IMG/VR virus record: IMGVR_UViG_3300048793_000013
Coordinates: 1 to 57,892 of that record
Source: a virus
Taxonomy: Duplodnaviria > Caudoviricetes
Reading direction: 5' to 3' (one strand)
Length of the DNA stretch: 57,892 nucleotides
A program made the position numbers and the translations under genes. Below, piece by piece: positions 9,000-18,296 of this stretch. Position 1 is the stretch's first letter, and each line of letters begins with the position of its first letter. A model generated the notes under the pieces. That model was given only the letters and a program-made list of their open reading frames with translations. It was not told the DNA's origin and ran no database searches.

Positions 9000-9949
9000 A
9001 CCAAGATCAGTTTGCCGGGTGGAAGTCCCTGCTTGCCGGTGGCACAGCGCAATTCAGCGCGGATGAGCCAATCAGCGGCTATTTCCGCAGTCGCCGCTTC
9101 AAGGATGGTCCGCTCGACCCGGTTGCCATTTGGACCGACGAGGATGGATTGAATGTCCTGTTCGACAACAAGCCGGTAGCACTTGAACGGGTATGGCCAT
9201 GGGCCGCGAGGTCGCCCGTAACCTATGCTGCCTACCAGACAAGGATTGAAACCGGCAAGTGGCCTGACATCGATCCTGTTGTACATGAGGCAGCACAAGC
9301 CCGGCCGGGTGATAATAACCCTCCGACTGATCCGGCTGAATTACTAGCCGAACAGATTGCAGCGGCAAAAGCTGGCGCCGTCAATTACGCGATCATCAGC
9401 GACGATGAAACGCTGGCAAAAGCGCAAACGTTGCGCAGTCGATTGCTTGAACTGTCCGGGCAAGCCGATAAGCTGCGTGAGGAGGCAAAGAAACCGCACC
9501 TCGCGGCCGGGAAAGCCGTAGACGAGAAATGGCAGCCATTGGTGAAGTTGGCAAAAGGCATTGCCGATGGAATCCGCGCTTCGATGGAAAAGTGGGAAAC
9601 CGCCAAACTCGCCAAACGCCGCGAGGAAGAGGCCAAAGCCGCAGAGGCCCAACGCGCCCACGATGCGGCAGTAGCAAAGGCTGCGGCGGCAAACAGGCCG
9701 GCACCACCTCCGCCGCAAATTACGCCTATGGTGCCGTTTAGCGGGCCGATCAAAGGCGCGGCGGGGAGAGCGGCAAGCAGCAAGCCACGCATGGTGGTCA
9801 AGTGCATTATGGAACTTGATGTTCTCATAGCGCACTACAGACTGAGTGCCGAGCTTTCGGAATTTTTGATGGACCTTGCCCAGCGCGATGTTACGGCCGG
9901 AAAATCCGTCCCCGGTGTCAAAGTTGAGGAAGTTGCGAGGGTCGTATGA
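8996..9949 (+). CDS. hypothetical coiled-coil phage protein (recombination module)
   Basis: long ORF with PGDNNPP motif, helical core and PGVKV C-terminus. Confidence 0.7.
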   Translation: MNQDQFAGWKSLLAGGTAQFSADEPISGYFRSRRFKDGPLDPVAIWTDEDGLNVLFDNKPVALERVWPWAARSPVTYAAYQTRIETGKWPDIDPVVHEAAQARPGDNNPPTDPAELLAEQIAAAKAGAVNYAIISDDETLAKAQTLRSRLLELSGQADKLREEAKKPHLAAGKAVDEKWQPLVKLAKGIADGIRASMEKWETAKLAKRREEEAKAAEAQRAHDAAVAKAAAANRPAPPPPQITPMVPFSGPIKGAAGRAASSKPRMVVKCIMELDVLIAHYRLSAELSEFLMDLAQRDVTAGKSVPGVKVEEVARVV

Positions 9950-10158
9950 ACACCCGCCGCTACACCAAACCAATCGCAACGTACTACGCTCGTGGCTTTT
10001 CCATGCGCGAGACGGCAATCAAATTCGCTCTGTCGCATGAGCGTGTGCGGCAGCTATTGAGGCGGGACTATCCGGAGTTGATCCGGGTGCCAAACGCGGG
10101 CATGCGGTTGCTCCCGCAAATGAGGCTAAAGCTGCAAAAGATTGCCAGCAACACTTGA
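9946..10158 (+). CDS. sigma-region-4-like HTH protein
   Basis: GFSMRETAIKFALSHERVRQL. Confidence 0.6.
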   Translation: MNTRRYTKPIATYYARGFSMRETAIKFALSHERVRQLLRRDYPELIRVPNAGMRLLPQMRLKLQKIASNT

Positions 10159-10211
10159 CTGCTACGGGGCGGCGTGGTACACGGATTTTGGTTGATTGAG
10201 GGGGATTTGAA

Positions 10212-10397
10212 ATGGCCATCACCATCGACAAAATCGAATTGCTGGCGCTCAAAAAGCTTGCCGTCATCAACGGCGCTCTTGCCAAGCAATTCACCGGATC
10301 GACGGCACGGGAGCAATTGGCGCTCACCAATGTTCTCGTAGAAATTATCACGCGGGCGGAAGTAGACAACGCCAGCACTGAGGCCATGAAATCATGA
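10212..10397 (+). CDS. hypothetical protein
   Basis: GAGGGGG RBS. Confidence 0.55.
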   Translation: MAITIDKIELLALKKLAVINGALAKQFTGSTAREQLALTNVLVEIITRAEVDNASTEAMKS

Positions 10398-10657
10398 GCA
10401 AGTGGACGCCATGTGATTGGGAGGACAAATCAACGCGCCCTACAATCCCAGGCATATATGCTGTCATTATTGTTGGCGACAGCGAAAGGGAGGGTGCTCA
10501 CTTCTACTATTCGTATGACGACTATCAGACTTTTGCCACGCTTGAGTTGCCCGATGAAGATGGTGAGCAACGGTTTCACGGTGATAACGACGAAGAACCG
10601 GAACAAATCATTGCGTGGTTTGGTCCGATTGAAATTCCACCCTGCGATTGCCTTTGA
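10394..10657 (+). CDS. hypothetical protein
   Basis: W-rich pattern ending IIAWFGPIEIPP; coupled starts and stops. Confidence 0.6.
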   Translation: MSKWTPCDWEDKSTRPTIPGIYAVIIVGDSEREGAHFYYSYDDYQTFATLELPDEDGEQRFHGDNDEEPEQIIAWFGPIEIPPCDCL

Positions 10658-10668
10658 AAGAGGACAAC

Positions 10669-11574
10669 ATGGTAGCCACTAGCACAATCCAGCCCATAGC
10701 GGACATGCCGCAAGAGACTCCTGGAGGCGTCGCCAAGATCGCCTCTGGCATTGCGGGCATCATGGGGGAGATCGGCGTTGTCGGCAAGGACGGCAAGAAC
10801 CAATTCCACAACTACAAATACGCCAAAATGGATGACATACTCCAAAAGCTGACGCCGCTGATGGCGAAACACGGCATCGTCATCATGCAGACGGAACTTG
10901 ATCGAGAAATGTTCGACGAGGGGAAGGCCGTTGGCGTCCGGTACGCCTTCACGATCCTGCATTCGAGCGGGGAGGTTTGGCCGGATCGCCCTATCCAAAC
11001 GGGGCTTGCAGGGTGCCGACACAAAAACGGCGGGTTTGACGACAAGGCGCTGAACAAATGCCACACAGCAGCCAGAAAATACTTCCTGATGGCACTGTTT
11101 CAAATCCCAACCGGGGATGAGGACGCTGACGCCGACGCACCGCCTGAACCTCAACACGCCAAATTGCCGCCACCTCCATCCCTGCCGGATGGCAGAATTG
11201 CCCCGCATTTCATATCCGGCAAGATAGTGGGGCAAGACTTGCCGCACACTTGGGAATCGGTCTATATCCCATTCATCGAAAAGGCACAGAACGTTGCCGA
11301 AATCGAGCAATGGGAACTGAAGAACACGAAGCTGATAGGCGAACTACATGCCATGAAGCCGAACGACATTTACAGGCGGATCGAGGCGGCCACCAACAAA
11401 CGCAAGACTGAGCTTGGTGCACCACCGGCCGGTAAGCCAACACAAGCCAAGAAGCCGCCCGCACCCGTTGATATGGTGGCGGCGGCACAAGAGGCTGGGG
11501 CAGATTTCGATCCTGAGACGGGGGAGATTACAGACGGCGTGGTGTGGGAGGATGGCGCACCGGGCCATGAGTAG
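10669..11574 (+). CDS. erf: ERF-family ssDNA annealing protein
   Basis: KDGKNQFHNYKYA...DKALNKCHTAARKYFLMALFQIPTGDEDAD. Confidence 0.85.
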   Translation: MVATSTIQPIADMPQETPGGVAKIASGIAGIMGEIGVVGKDGKNQFHNYKYAKMDDILQKLTPLMAKHGIVIMQTELDREMFDEGKAVGVRYAFTILHSSGEVWPDRPIQTGLAGCRHKNGGFDDKALNKCHTAARKYFLMALFQIPTGDEDADADAPPEPQHAKLPPPPSLPDGRIAPHFISGKIVGQDLPHTWESVYIPFIEKAQNVAEIEQWELKNTKLIGELHAMKPNDIYRRIEAATNKRKTELGAPPAGKPTQAKKPPAPVDMVAAAQEAGADFDPETGEITDGVVWEDGAPGHE

Positions 11575-11584
11575 GAGCAGACAA

Positions 11585-11773
11585 ATGCCGAGACAGAGAC
11601 TCACAGACGATCAAAGGTCCGATTTGATTGGACCTGTTTGCGACATTGCTGCGCTACCGCTGACGTGGGAGCGAAAAAATCTTGAGCCAGATGACGTTCT
11701 TGATGCCCTAATCGGTGCGGCCCGCATGTTCAAACAGCGGGAAGGCTTTGCGGTGATTACACGAAAACTGTGA
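11585..11773 (+). CDS. hypothetical protein
   Basis: AGGAG RBS; coupled to the next gene. Confidence 0.5.
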   Translation: MPRQRLTDDQRSDLIGPVCDIAALPLTWERKNLEPDDVLDALIGAARMFKQREGFAVITRKL

Positions 11774-12300
11774 TGTCCTTCCCCGTCAAATTCCGCTGGA
11801 ACGGCGTCGGCATGGTTCCGCTCCCAGGCCATGCCACAAAGATGTGCCAGAAGCAGTTCGTCCCGGGAAACATCTACTTTCTACACGAGGTCACTGAGCG
11901 ATCCACGGTATCTCATGACCAACAGTTTGCATGGCTCAACGACGCATGGAAGACGCTACCTGATCACCTTGCCGAGGAATTCCCAACTCCAATGCACCTT
12001 CGAAAACGCGCCTTGATCGACTGCGGATTCTACCATGAGACAATCATTGATGTTGGAACGAAAGCCGGTGCGCTCCGGGTGGCGGCCTACATCAAAGGGG
12101 AGGATCAGTTTTCCTATGTCGTTGTCCGTGGGCCACTGGTTGTCAAGCGGGTGGCAAAGAGCCAACGAATGCACGGGCATGATCGCATGCTGAAGGATGA
12201 ATTCCAGGCGAGCAAGCAGGCTATCCTTGAGCACATATCGGCGTTGCTCGGGGTAACACCGGAAACACTGATGGCAAATTCACAAGAGACGACGACATGA
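11770..12300 (+). CDS. NinB-like recombination-associated protein
   Basis: RSTVSHDQQFAWL...HLRKRALIDCG...KSQ...EF pattern; position after erf. Confidence 0.55.
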   Translation: MMSFPVKFRWNGVGMVPLPGHATKMCQKQFVPGNIYFLHEVTERSTVSHDQQFAWLNDAWKTLPDHLAEEFPTPMHLRKRALIDCGFYHETIIDVGTKAGALRVAAYIKGEDQFSYVVVRGPLVVKRVAKSQRMHGHDRMLKDEFQASKQAILEHISALLGVTPETLMANSQETTT

Positions 12301-13295
12301 ACGCCGAAACCATCCTAGCCATTCCAGTGACGGCACCGGAACGATTGTTTCCACGCGATGCTCACGAGCGCAAGACAAAGTACCATGAGCTTGTCAAGCA
12401 ATGGCATCCTGACGTTGGCGGGTCGGCGGAGGTCTTTGCTCGGATCACGGCACTCCACCAAGCCGCTGAAGAAGGCCGTTGGGGAGCGACGAAAATCCTG
12501 AATATCGTTGACAAGACAGGGAAGGAATATGCCTTCCGGTACCGCGCCCATCATGTTTTCGAATTGGGCGATGTCTATATCGGTTCGCTTACGGTCGGAT
12601 GGTTCATTAAGCGAGAGCACGAAGCCTTGGTGCTTAACGGCCTCCGTGCCATCGGCTCAATCCGATTCCCAGACAACCGCATGAAGGAGCAGCACCAACG
12701 CTTTCTCCCAGTGGTTGCCCGCACAATCGAGACGGCTGACGGCTATCTGGTTCTCATGAACAAGACGGAAGACGTTGTTTCCCTAGCCGATCTTGTGACG
12801 TTCCTTGGACGCATGGACCCCAAGCACGTAGCATGGGTGATTTCCAGCTTGCTCAATATCCTGTGTTTCTATGAGATCATCGGGTTGACACACAACGGAT
12901 TGACGGCAGGAACCGTTTTTGTGTCACCGGAACACCATGCCGCGTTTCCTTTAGGGGGATGGTGGTATGCCATCAAGGCCAAGGGTGTCTTGAAATTCCT
13001 CCCGCCAGCCGTACATGCTGTGGCACCAACAGATGCGGTCGCCAGCAAAGTAGCGGACGGGCGTATTGACCTTGCCTCAGTTCGTGCTATTGGACGCGCT
13101 GCGTTAGGCGACCCCACGGGAGGCCGCCTGCAAAGCGCAACTGATGTACCGAAACCATTAGCCAATTGGCTGAGACTACCACCTCCACGTCGCGCTATCG
13201 ATGACTACGATGCGTGGCAGAAAGTTCTAAAAGACAGTTTCGGGCCAAGGCGATTCCTGGAACTGAAGATCGACACCGCCGCAATCTATAACTGA
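12297..13295 (+). CDS. J-domain (HPD) fused to a degenerate kinase-like domain
   Basis: YHELVKQWHPDVGG J-domain; HVAWVISSLL..GLTHNGL...VFVSPEHH..LGGWWY kinase-like C-lobe. Confidence 0.75.
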   Translation: MNAETILAIPVTAPERLFPRDAHERKTKYHELVKQWHPDVGGSAEVFARITALHQAAEEGRWGATKILNIVDKTGKEYAFRYRAHHVFELGDVYIGSLTVGWFIKREHEALVLNGLRAIGSIRFPDNRMKEQHQRFLPVVARTIETADGYLVLMNKTEDVVSLADLVTFLGRMDPKHVAWVISSLLNILCFYEIIGLTHNGLTAGTVFVSPEHHAAFPLGGWWYAIKAKGVLKFLPPAVHAVAPTDAVASKVADGRIDLASVRAIGRAALGDPTGGRLQSATDVPKPLANWLRLPPPRRAIDDYDAWQKVLKDSFGPRRFLELKIDTAAIYN

Positions 13296-13305
13296 GGGCA
13301 ATACA

Positions 13306-14217
13306 ATGGGCTACAGCCGATACGACGCTGGCATTTACAAGAGCTACGCCAGATCAACCGCGCATATGACGGATCGTGATTACACGGCAACCACGCTCAA
13401 GAAGGACTTTGATCCGCGTCAGATCAAGGTCCGAGAGTCCAAGCGGTCGGACATCAACCCGCACCCGACACCGGTCCTGGTTGGGCTGGACGTTACCGGC
13501 TCAATGGGCCGTGTGGTCGAGGCCATGCGCAAAAGTCTCGGAACGCTGTTCGAGCAAGTCATTGATCGCCATCCGGTCAGTGATCCGCACGTTCTCGCGC
13601 TTGCGATTGGCGATATGGATTGCGACAGTGCACCGATTCAGGCCACTCAATTCGAGGCCGACCCGGTCACCATCGGCAAGCAGATCGAGGACTTGTATTT
13701 GGAACGGGGAGGCGGCGGGAACACCCACGAAAGCTATCTCGGGCCGCTCTACTTCGCCGCCATGCGGACGGATTGCGATGCTTTCACTGAGGGCCGGAAG
13801 GGCTTCCTGTTCACGGTTGGAGATGAGGAACCCCAGACGGTGCTCGACAAGTTTCACGTACAGCGGTTTTTTGGGGACCAGATCGCCAACGATCTCAGCG
13901 CGGCCGATCTTCTCAAGATGATCGAACCAAACTGGCACTATTTCCATCTGATCGTGATGGAGGGTGACTATGCTGGTAGTCGGCCTGATCGAACAGTGAA
14001 GGCATGGTCTGATCTCATGGGGCAGCGTGCCATAAAATTGGTAGACCACCGGAAGATGGCAGAAGTAATCATCAGCCTCGTCGAGGTCACCATCGGCCGG
14101 GACAAGGATGCTATCGCCAAGTCGTGGGGTAAGGGCACCGATCTTGTCGTTGCAACGGCAATCAGTGGGTTGCCGGCGGCACCGGGAGCGGTAGGGGCTG
14201 GCCCGGTAGCTCTGTAA
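13306..14217 (+). CDS. vWA-domain protein
   Basis: GLDVTGSMG MIDAS motif, GGGGNTHESY, FTVGDE. Confidence 0.85.
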   Translation: MGYSRYDAGIYKSYARSTAHMTDRDYTATTLKKDFDPRQIKVRESKRSDINPHPTPVLVGLDVTGSMGRVVEAMRKSLGTLFEQVIDRHPVSDPHVLALAIGDMDCDSAPIQATQFEADPVTIGKQIEDLYLERGGGGNTHESYLGPLYFAAMRTDCDAFTEGRKGFLFTVGDEEPQTVLDKFHVQRFFGDQIANDLSAADLLKMIEPNWHYFHLIVMEGDYAGSRPDRTVKAWSDLMGQRAIKLVDHRKMAEVIISLVEVTIGRDKDAIAKSWGKGTDLVVATAISGLPAAPGAVGAGPVAL

Positions 14218-14238
14218 AACACGCTGGGGGATGGGGAA

Positions 14239-15402
14239 ATGCGTGCGATTGCTGTCATAGATTCAGCCTGGGGAGACAGCGGGAAGGGGGCGGCGGTCGA
14301 TGCTTTGGCTGCCGCCCCCTTCGGCACGCTCGTAGTTCGTCATTCTGGCGGTGCCCAGGCTGGCCATACCGTTGTCACACCGGGCGGCCATCGTCACGTA
14401 TTCAGCCACTTTTGTTCGGGCGCGCTTGCGGGCGCTCCCGGGCACCTCTCCGAGCATTTTGTAGTCAATCCACGCATCTTCTGTGTGGAGCGTTCCGAAC
14501 TGTTTGGAACGAGCGCCAACCTTAATCTGACGGTTGATCCTCGCGCCCTGGTAACCACGCCATTGGACGTAGCTATCAACCGCGCCATGGAGCGCAATCG
14601 AGGAAACAACCGGCATGGCTCTGTCGGCATAGGATTTGGCGAGACGATCGAACGCAGCGAGCGTGGGTTCCCACTGCGCGTTTCCGATCTAATCGACACG
14701 GATAGACTGACTGCCGTGCTCGGCGGGATTATTCTGGATTGGGCACGCAAGCGATGGGACGAACTCGACTTGGAGCAAGAGCGCATCAATTGGGCGTCAT
14801 TCTACGATGAAGCCAAGACGTTCATGAGCCATGTTAAATTGGCTGAACTATCCGATATCGTTCCTCTGTGGGATTGCGGTCTATATTGCACCGTCATATT
14901 CGAGGGCGCGCAAGGCTTGCTGCTTGATCAGCGGCGCGGCATGACGTTCCCATACGTCACAAGATCGAACACCGGCCTGCAAAACGTCCTGCCGATGGCC
15001 GAACAGATCGGGGCGCGAAATCTCCAGGTCGTCTACATGATGCGGCCGTATCTGACGCGGCATGGCGCCGGGCCATTGCCGGGCGAGACTGCGACCCTCG
15101 ACGGCATTGAGGTCGTTGACCCCACTAACCAACACGGAGAGTGGCAAGGTCCATTGCGGTTGGCACCAATGGATTACAGCATAGTAGCCGATGCCATCCG
15201 AGCCGATCTAGCCGAGGCCCCTGGCGTTGAACCATACATTGGAATTTCGTGCCTGGATCAGGTAAAGGATCATGATAGACGGCACGCTATTTCCGATAGG
15301 CTTGAATATGTCATCGGCCATCCGCTCGCCATTGGAGGCCACGGGCCATCGCGTGACAAGTACCAGATCGCGTTCACACAGCCGTTGAGGAAAACGGCAT
15401 GA
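14239..15402 (+). CDS. purA: adenylosuccinate synthetase-family enzyme (divergent PurA-like)
   Basis: WGDSGKG, GGAQAGHT, FEGAQGLLLD, PYVTRSNT, YLTRHGAGP; lacks the GxTTGR aspartate loop. Confidence 0.85.
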   Translation: MRAIAVIDSAWGDSGKGAAVDALAAAPFGTLVVRHSGGAQAGHTVVTPGGHRHVFSHFCSGALAGAPGHLSEHFVVNPRIFCVERSELFGTSANLNLTVDPRALVTTPLDVAINRAMERNRGNNRHGSVGIGFGETIERSERGFPLRVSDLIDTDRLTAVLGGIILDWARKRWDELDLEQERINWASFYDEAKTFMSHVKLAELSDIVPLWDCGLYCTVIFEGAQGLLLDQRRGMTFPYVTRSNTGLQNVLPMAEQIGARNLQVVYMMRPYLTRHGAGPLPGETATLDGIEVVDPTNQHGEWQGPLRLAPMDYSIVADAIRADLAEAPGVEPYIGISCLDQVKDHDRRHAISDRLEYVIGHPLAIGGHGPSRDKYQIAFTQPLRKTA

Positions 15403-15824
15403 GTCGTGTCGCTCCACCATCGCCGCCCGGCAGTCTATTCAAGAGTGACTCACCCAAGCGCAAGCTTGACATGGGGAGACACCCGCGCCAGCGCGACGAG
15501 GCATATCTAGCGGCGCTGAGGGAGTGCCAGTGTCTTTCGTGCGGATTAGACGTAGGATGTGAGGCTGCGCACGTTCGTATGTCACGCGGCCGGGGTACGG
15601 GCGGTGGAATGGGAATGAAATCCAATGATGAACACGCCACGCCTCTATGTTCCGGGTGCCATCGTCAACAGCATGCAGAGGGCGAACAAGTTTTCTGGGA
15701 TGCCATCGACATTATTCCGTTGGATGTTGCAAAAAAGTTACATACAGCGTCGCCAGATGTTGCTAGAATGAGGGCAATCATAGGGGCCGTGCTTATTCGT
15801 TTTAGACACACAGATGCAAAATGA
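15399..15824 (+). CDS. DUF968-like Zn-binding putative nuclease
   Basis: YLAALRECQCLSCG, EAAHVR, GMGMK.ND, PLCSGCHRQQH; last 11 codons lie inside the left inverted repeat. Confidence 0.75.
   Translation: MSRVAPPSPPGSLFKSDSPKRKLDMGRHPRQRDEAYLAALRECQCLSCGLDVGCEAAHVRMSRGRGTGGGMGMKSNDEHATPLCSGCHRQQHAEGEQVFWDAIDIIPLDVAKKLHTASPDVARMRAIIGAVLIRFRHTDAK
15787..15822 (+). repeat. left inverted repeat
   Basis: CCGTGCTTATTCGTTTTAGACACACAGATGCAAAAT; 35/36 match to the reverse complement of 16907-16942. Confidence 0.95.
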
Positions 15825-16900
15825 AGACCGTAACCTATAAATATCGGATCAAGGACCGCAGCGCGCGCAAGACGCTGGCGCGGCACGCTGTGGCGTGCAA
15901 TCAAGTCTGGAACTACTGCAATGCCTTTCAGCAGGACATTGAGCGCCGTTACCGTGCGGGCGCGCCTAAGCGCCGTTGGCCATCGGCGTTTGATCTGGCA
16001 AAACTCTGCAAAGGCACTGGCAAGGAACTCGGCATCCATCAGCAGACAGTCGGCACGATCTGCGATCAATTCGCCAAGAGCCGCGACAAGGCCAAGCACT
16101 CCCTCCGGTTTCGGTCTAGCTTTGGAGTTAACCGAGCACTCGGCTGGATACCGTTTCAAAAGCAGAGCCGACAGGTCGAAGGCAACTCAATTTGGTATCT
16201 CGGCAAGCAATATCGTTTCTTTGGCAGCAAACGTCGCCCATTGCCAGACAATGCCAAAGGCGGGGCTTTTGTTGAGGATGCACTTGGGCGCTGGTACGTC
16301 TGTTTCCATGTCGAGGTGGCAGAGTGCCAGCCACACGGCAACGGCATCATCGGCATTGATTTGGGGTTGCATACGCTGGTGACTACGAGCGCCGGTCAAA
16401 AGATTGAAGCCCCGCGTCACTATCGCGCCTTAGAAGGCAAGCTTGCTGTTGCGCAGCGCGCCCATAATAAGCAGTGCGTGCGGCGCATCCACGCCAAAAT
16501 CAAGAACAGCCGCAATGATTTTCTACATAAGCTTTCGACCACTCTGGCCGATCAGAACGCGTTCATCGCGGTCGGGGATGTCAACTCGAAACAGTTGGCC
16601 AAGACGCGGATGGCGAAATCCGTGTACGACGCCGGCTGGTCTACTTTCCGTTCCATGTTGAAATACAAGTCGGCCGGATACGTGGAAGTAGACGAAAGAT
16701 TCACGACCCAAACCTGCTCTCAGTGCGGTTGTTTGCCGCCTGAGAGGCCGCAAGGTATCGCAGGGCTTGGAATAAGGCAGTGGGATTGTTCCGAATGTGG
16801 TGCAAGCCACGACCGCGATGTGAATAGCGCTCTGAACATTCTCGCCATTGCCGCCCGCAGTGCTGCGGGTCCAGTTGTGGAAAGCCGGGTAGCCGCATGA
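15821..16900 (+). CDS. tnpB: TnpB RNA-guided endonuclease (IS200/IS605 OrfB family)
   Basis: TYKYRI, NQVWNY, GIDLG (RuvC-I), AVGDV with downstream VDERFTTQTCSQC, CSECG-HDRDVNSA (RuvC-III). Confidence 0.93.
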   Translation: MKTVTYKYRIKDRSARKTLARHAVACNQVWNYCNAFQQDIERRYRAGAPKRRWPSAFDLAKLCKGTGKELGIHQQTVGTICDQFAKSRDKAKHSLRFRSSFGVNRALGWIPFQKQSRQVEGNSIWYLGKQYRFFGSKRRPLPDNAKGGAFVEDALGRWYVCFHVEVAECQPHGNGIIGIDLGLHTLVTTSAGQKIEAPRHYRALEGKLAVAQRAHNKQCVRRIHAKIKNSRNDFLHKLSTTLADQNAFIAVGDVNSKQLAKTRMAKSVYDAGWSTFRSMLKYKSAGYVEVDERFTTQTCSQCGCLPPERPQGIAGLGIRQWDCSECGASHDRDVNSALNILAIAARSAAGPVVESRVAA

Positions 16901-16906
16901 CACAAG

Positions 16907-16942
16907 ATTTTGCATCTGTGTGTCTAAAACGGATAAGCACGG
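16907..16942 (-). repeat. right inverted repeat
   Basis: ATTTTGCATCTGTGTGTCTAAAACGGATAAGCACGG. Confidence 0.95.
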
Positions 16943-17029
16943 GACAATCACAATCTCAGAGCACCAATCCCGAGCCGGGCGGGGAACCCGGCATAACCAC
17001 GAGGTAAAATCACCATGAGGGGTTTTCAA

Positions 17030-17866
17030 ATGAAACGCACATCGCTTGCTATCGTCGCACTGGCTCTCTCGGCGACGGCTCACGCGGCCGACATGCCCTT
17101 GCTCAAGGCGCCGGCCAATCAGTGGCTCAACGGGTATCCCGCCACTGACGGATTTTACTTCGGCGCCTATACGCAGGGCGGGGGCGGCTCTGCCGGCGTC
17201 AGTGCCGGGGCGGTTCCTGGGCTCAATTCGGCGACACTCGTCACCAATCAGATCGGCGTCGGCGGCCTCGTTGGCTATGCCTGGAACAACATGGCGGGTA
17301 CTGCCGGCGTCTTCGTCGAGGGCATGTTCGGCTGGCAGAACTTCAACGGCAATACGGTCGGGTTCGCGTTCAATGGTCCGGCCGCATTCGAACAGCGCGT
17401 TGGCTTCTATTCGCCGCTCAATGCATTGATCGGAAATCTCAACCTTCTGCCGGCCGGCCTTGTGGCTCCGCCCTTCCCGCCGCTCCCGTGCGGTCCTACG
17501 ATGGTTCCGGCACAGCCTGCCATTCCGGCGACTGCGACCTCTCCCGGCATCCCGGCAAGGCCCGCAAGCTGGCTGCCAGCCATTGCCGGATGCACTCAGA
17601 CCGCGACCAACGTTAACCCCTACATCATGGCGTCGATAAGTGAACAGGATATCTCGGCAAACTTTTTGGCGACATCGGCGAACCGCGACTGGCGCATCTC
17701 GCCCGGCGTAGGCGTCGGCGCGCTCGGGCATCTGACGAATGGCCTTGTCGTTGATGCATGGGTAGAGGCAAAATTCCCGCAGAAAGGTTTTTGCCTGGGT
17801 AACGTCGGGGTGCTGTGCGGCAACGTTGGGACGCAATACGTCGTCGGCCTCGGATTTAAGTACTGA
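17030..17866 (+). CDS. Omp25/RopB-like outer-membrane beta-barrel protein
   Basis: signal peptide then AADMPLLKAP, GFYFG, VGYAW, C-terminal GLGFKY; Pro-rich insert. Confidence 0.75.
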   Translation: MKRTSLAIVALALSATAHAADMPLLKAPANQWLNGYPATDGFYFGAYTQGGGGSAGVSAGAVPGLNSATLVTNQIGVGGLVGYAWNNMAGTAGVFVEGMFGWQNFNGNTVGFAFNGPAAFEQRVGFYSPLNALIGNLNLLPAGLVAPPFPPLPCGPTMVPAQPAIPATATSPGIPARPASWLPAIAGCTQTATNVNPYIMASISEQDISANFLATSANRDWRISPGVGVGALGHLTNGLVVDAWVEAKFPQKGFCLGNVGVLCGNVGTQYVVGLGFKY

Positions 17867-17957
17867 CAACGCTGACGTTTCGTAGCATAATCAATAACGG
17901 GATGCGTCATGGAGCCCAAGTCGCATCCCACCATTCCCATCCAAACAGGAGAAAACG

Positions 17958-18296
17958 ATGAAAAGAACCATCTTTGCGGCGCTGATTCTCTCCGCACTTC
18001 AATCCGCAGCTTTCGCCGCCACAGCTACGCTGACGTGGACGAATCCCACGCTACGCACGGACGGATCACCGGTCACCGGAGCGTTGACTACCACGATTTT
18101 TGACGGCGGAACCGCGCTCGGTACTGGCACGTCACCGTACCAGACTCCAGTACTCGCGGCCGGCTCGCATTCATTCACTGTCAGGAACTGCGAGGCAGGC
18201 GGCGCGTGTTCCGTAGACAGCAATGCAACAGTGGCGGTTGTCGTCCCTGCCGCTCCCGCTGCCGTGAGCGATCTTACAAGCGTCATCGTGCCATGA
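17958..18296 (+). CDS. secreted FN3/Ig-like protein
   Basis: signal peptide; ATLTWTNPT.RTDGS...GSHSFTV...SVDSN. Confidence 0.65.
   Translation: MKRTIFAALILSALQSAAFAATATLTWTNPTLRTDGSPVTGALTTTIFDGGTALGTGTSPYQTPVLAAGSHSFTVRNCEAGGACSVDSNATVAVVVPAAPAAVSDLTSVIVP

Larger units (their letters stand above)
15787..16942 (+). mobile_element. tnpB-only element bounded by 36-bp inverted repeats
   Basis: IRs at 15787-15822 and 16907-16942; no tnpA, no target duplication seen. Confidence 0.65.

Noticed and set aside
14239-15402. PurZ / 2-aminoadenine (Z) genome
   Set aside because: The P-loop reads GDSGKG with Asp, not the Ser of PurZ, and no dATPase/MazZ-like partners are visible
16523-17869. 448-aa minus-strand ORF
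   Set aside because: Antisense shadow of tnpB and the outer-membrane gene, with no motifs
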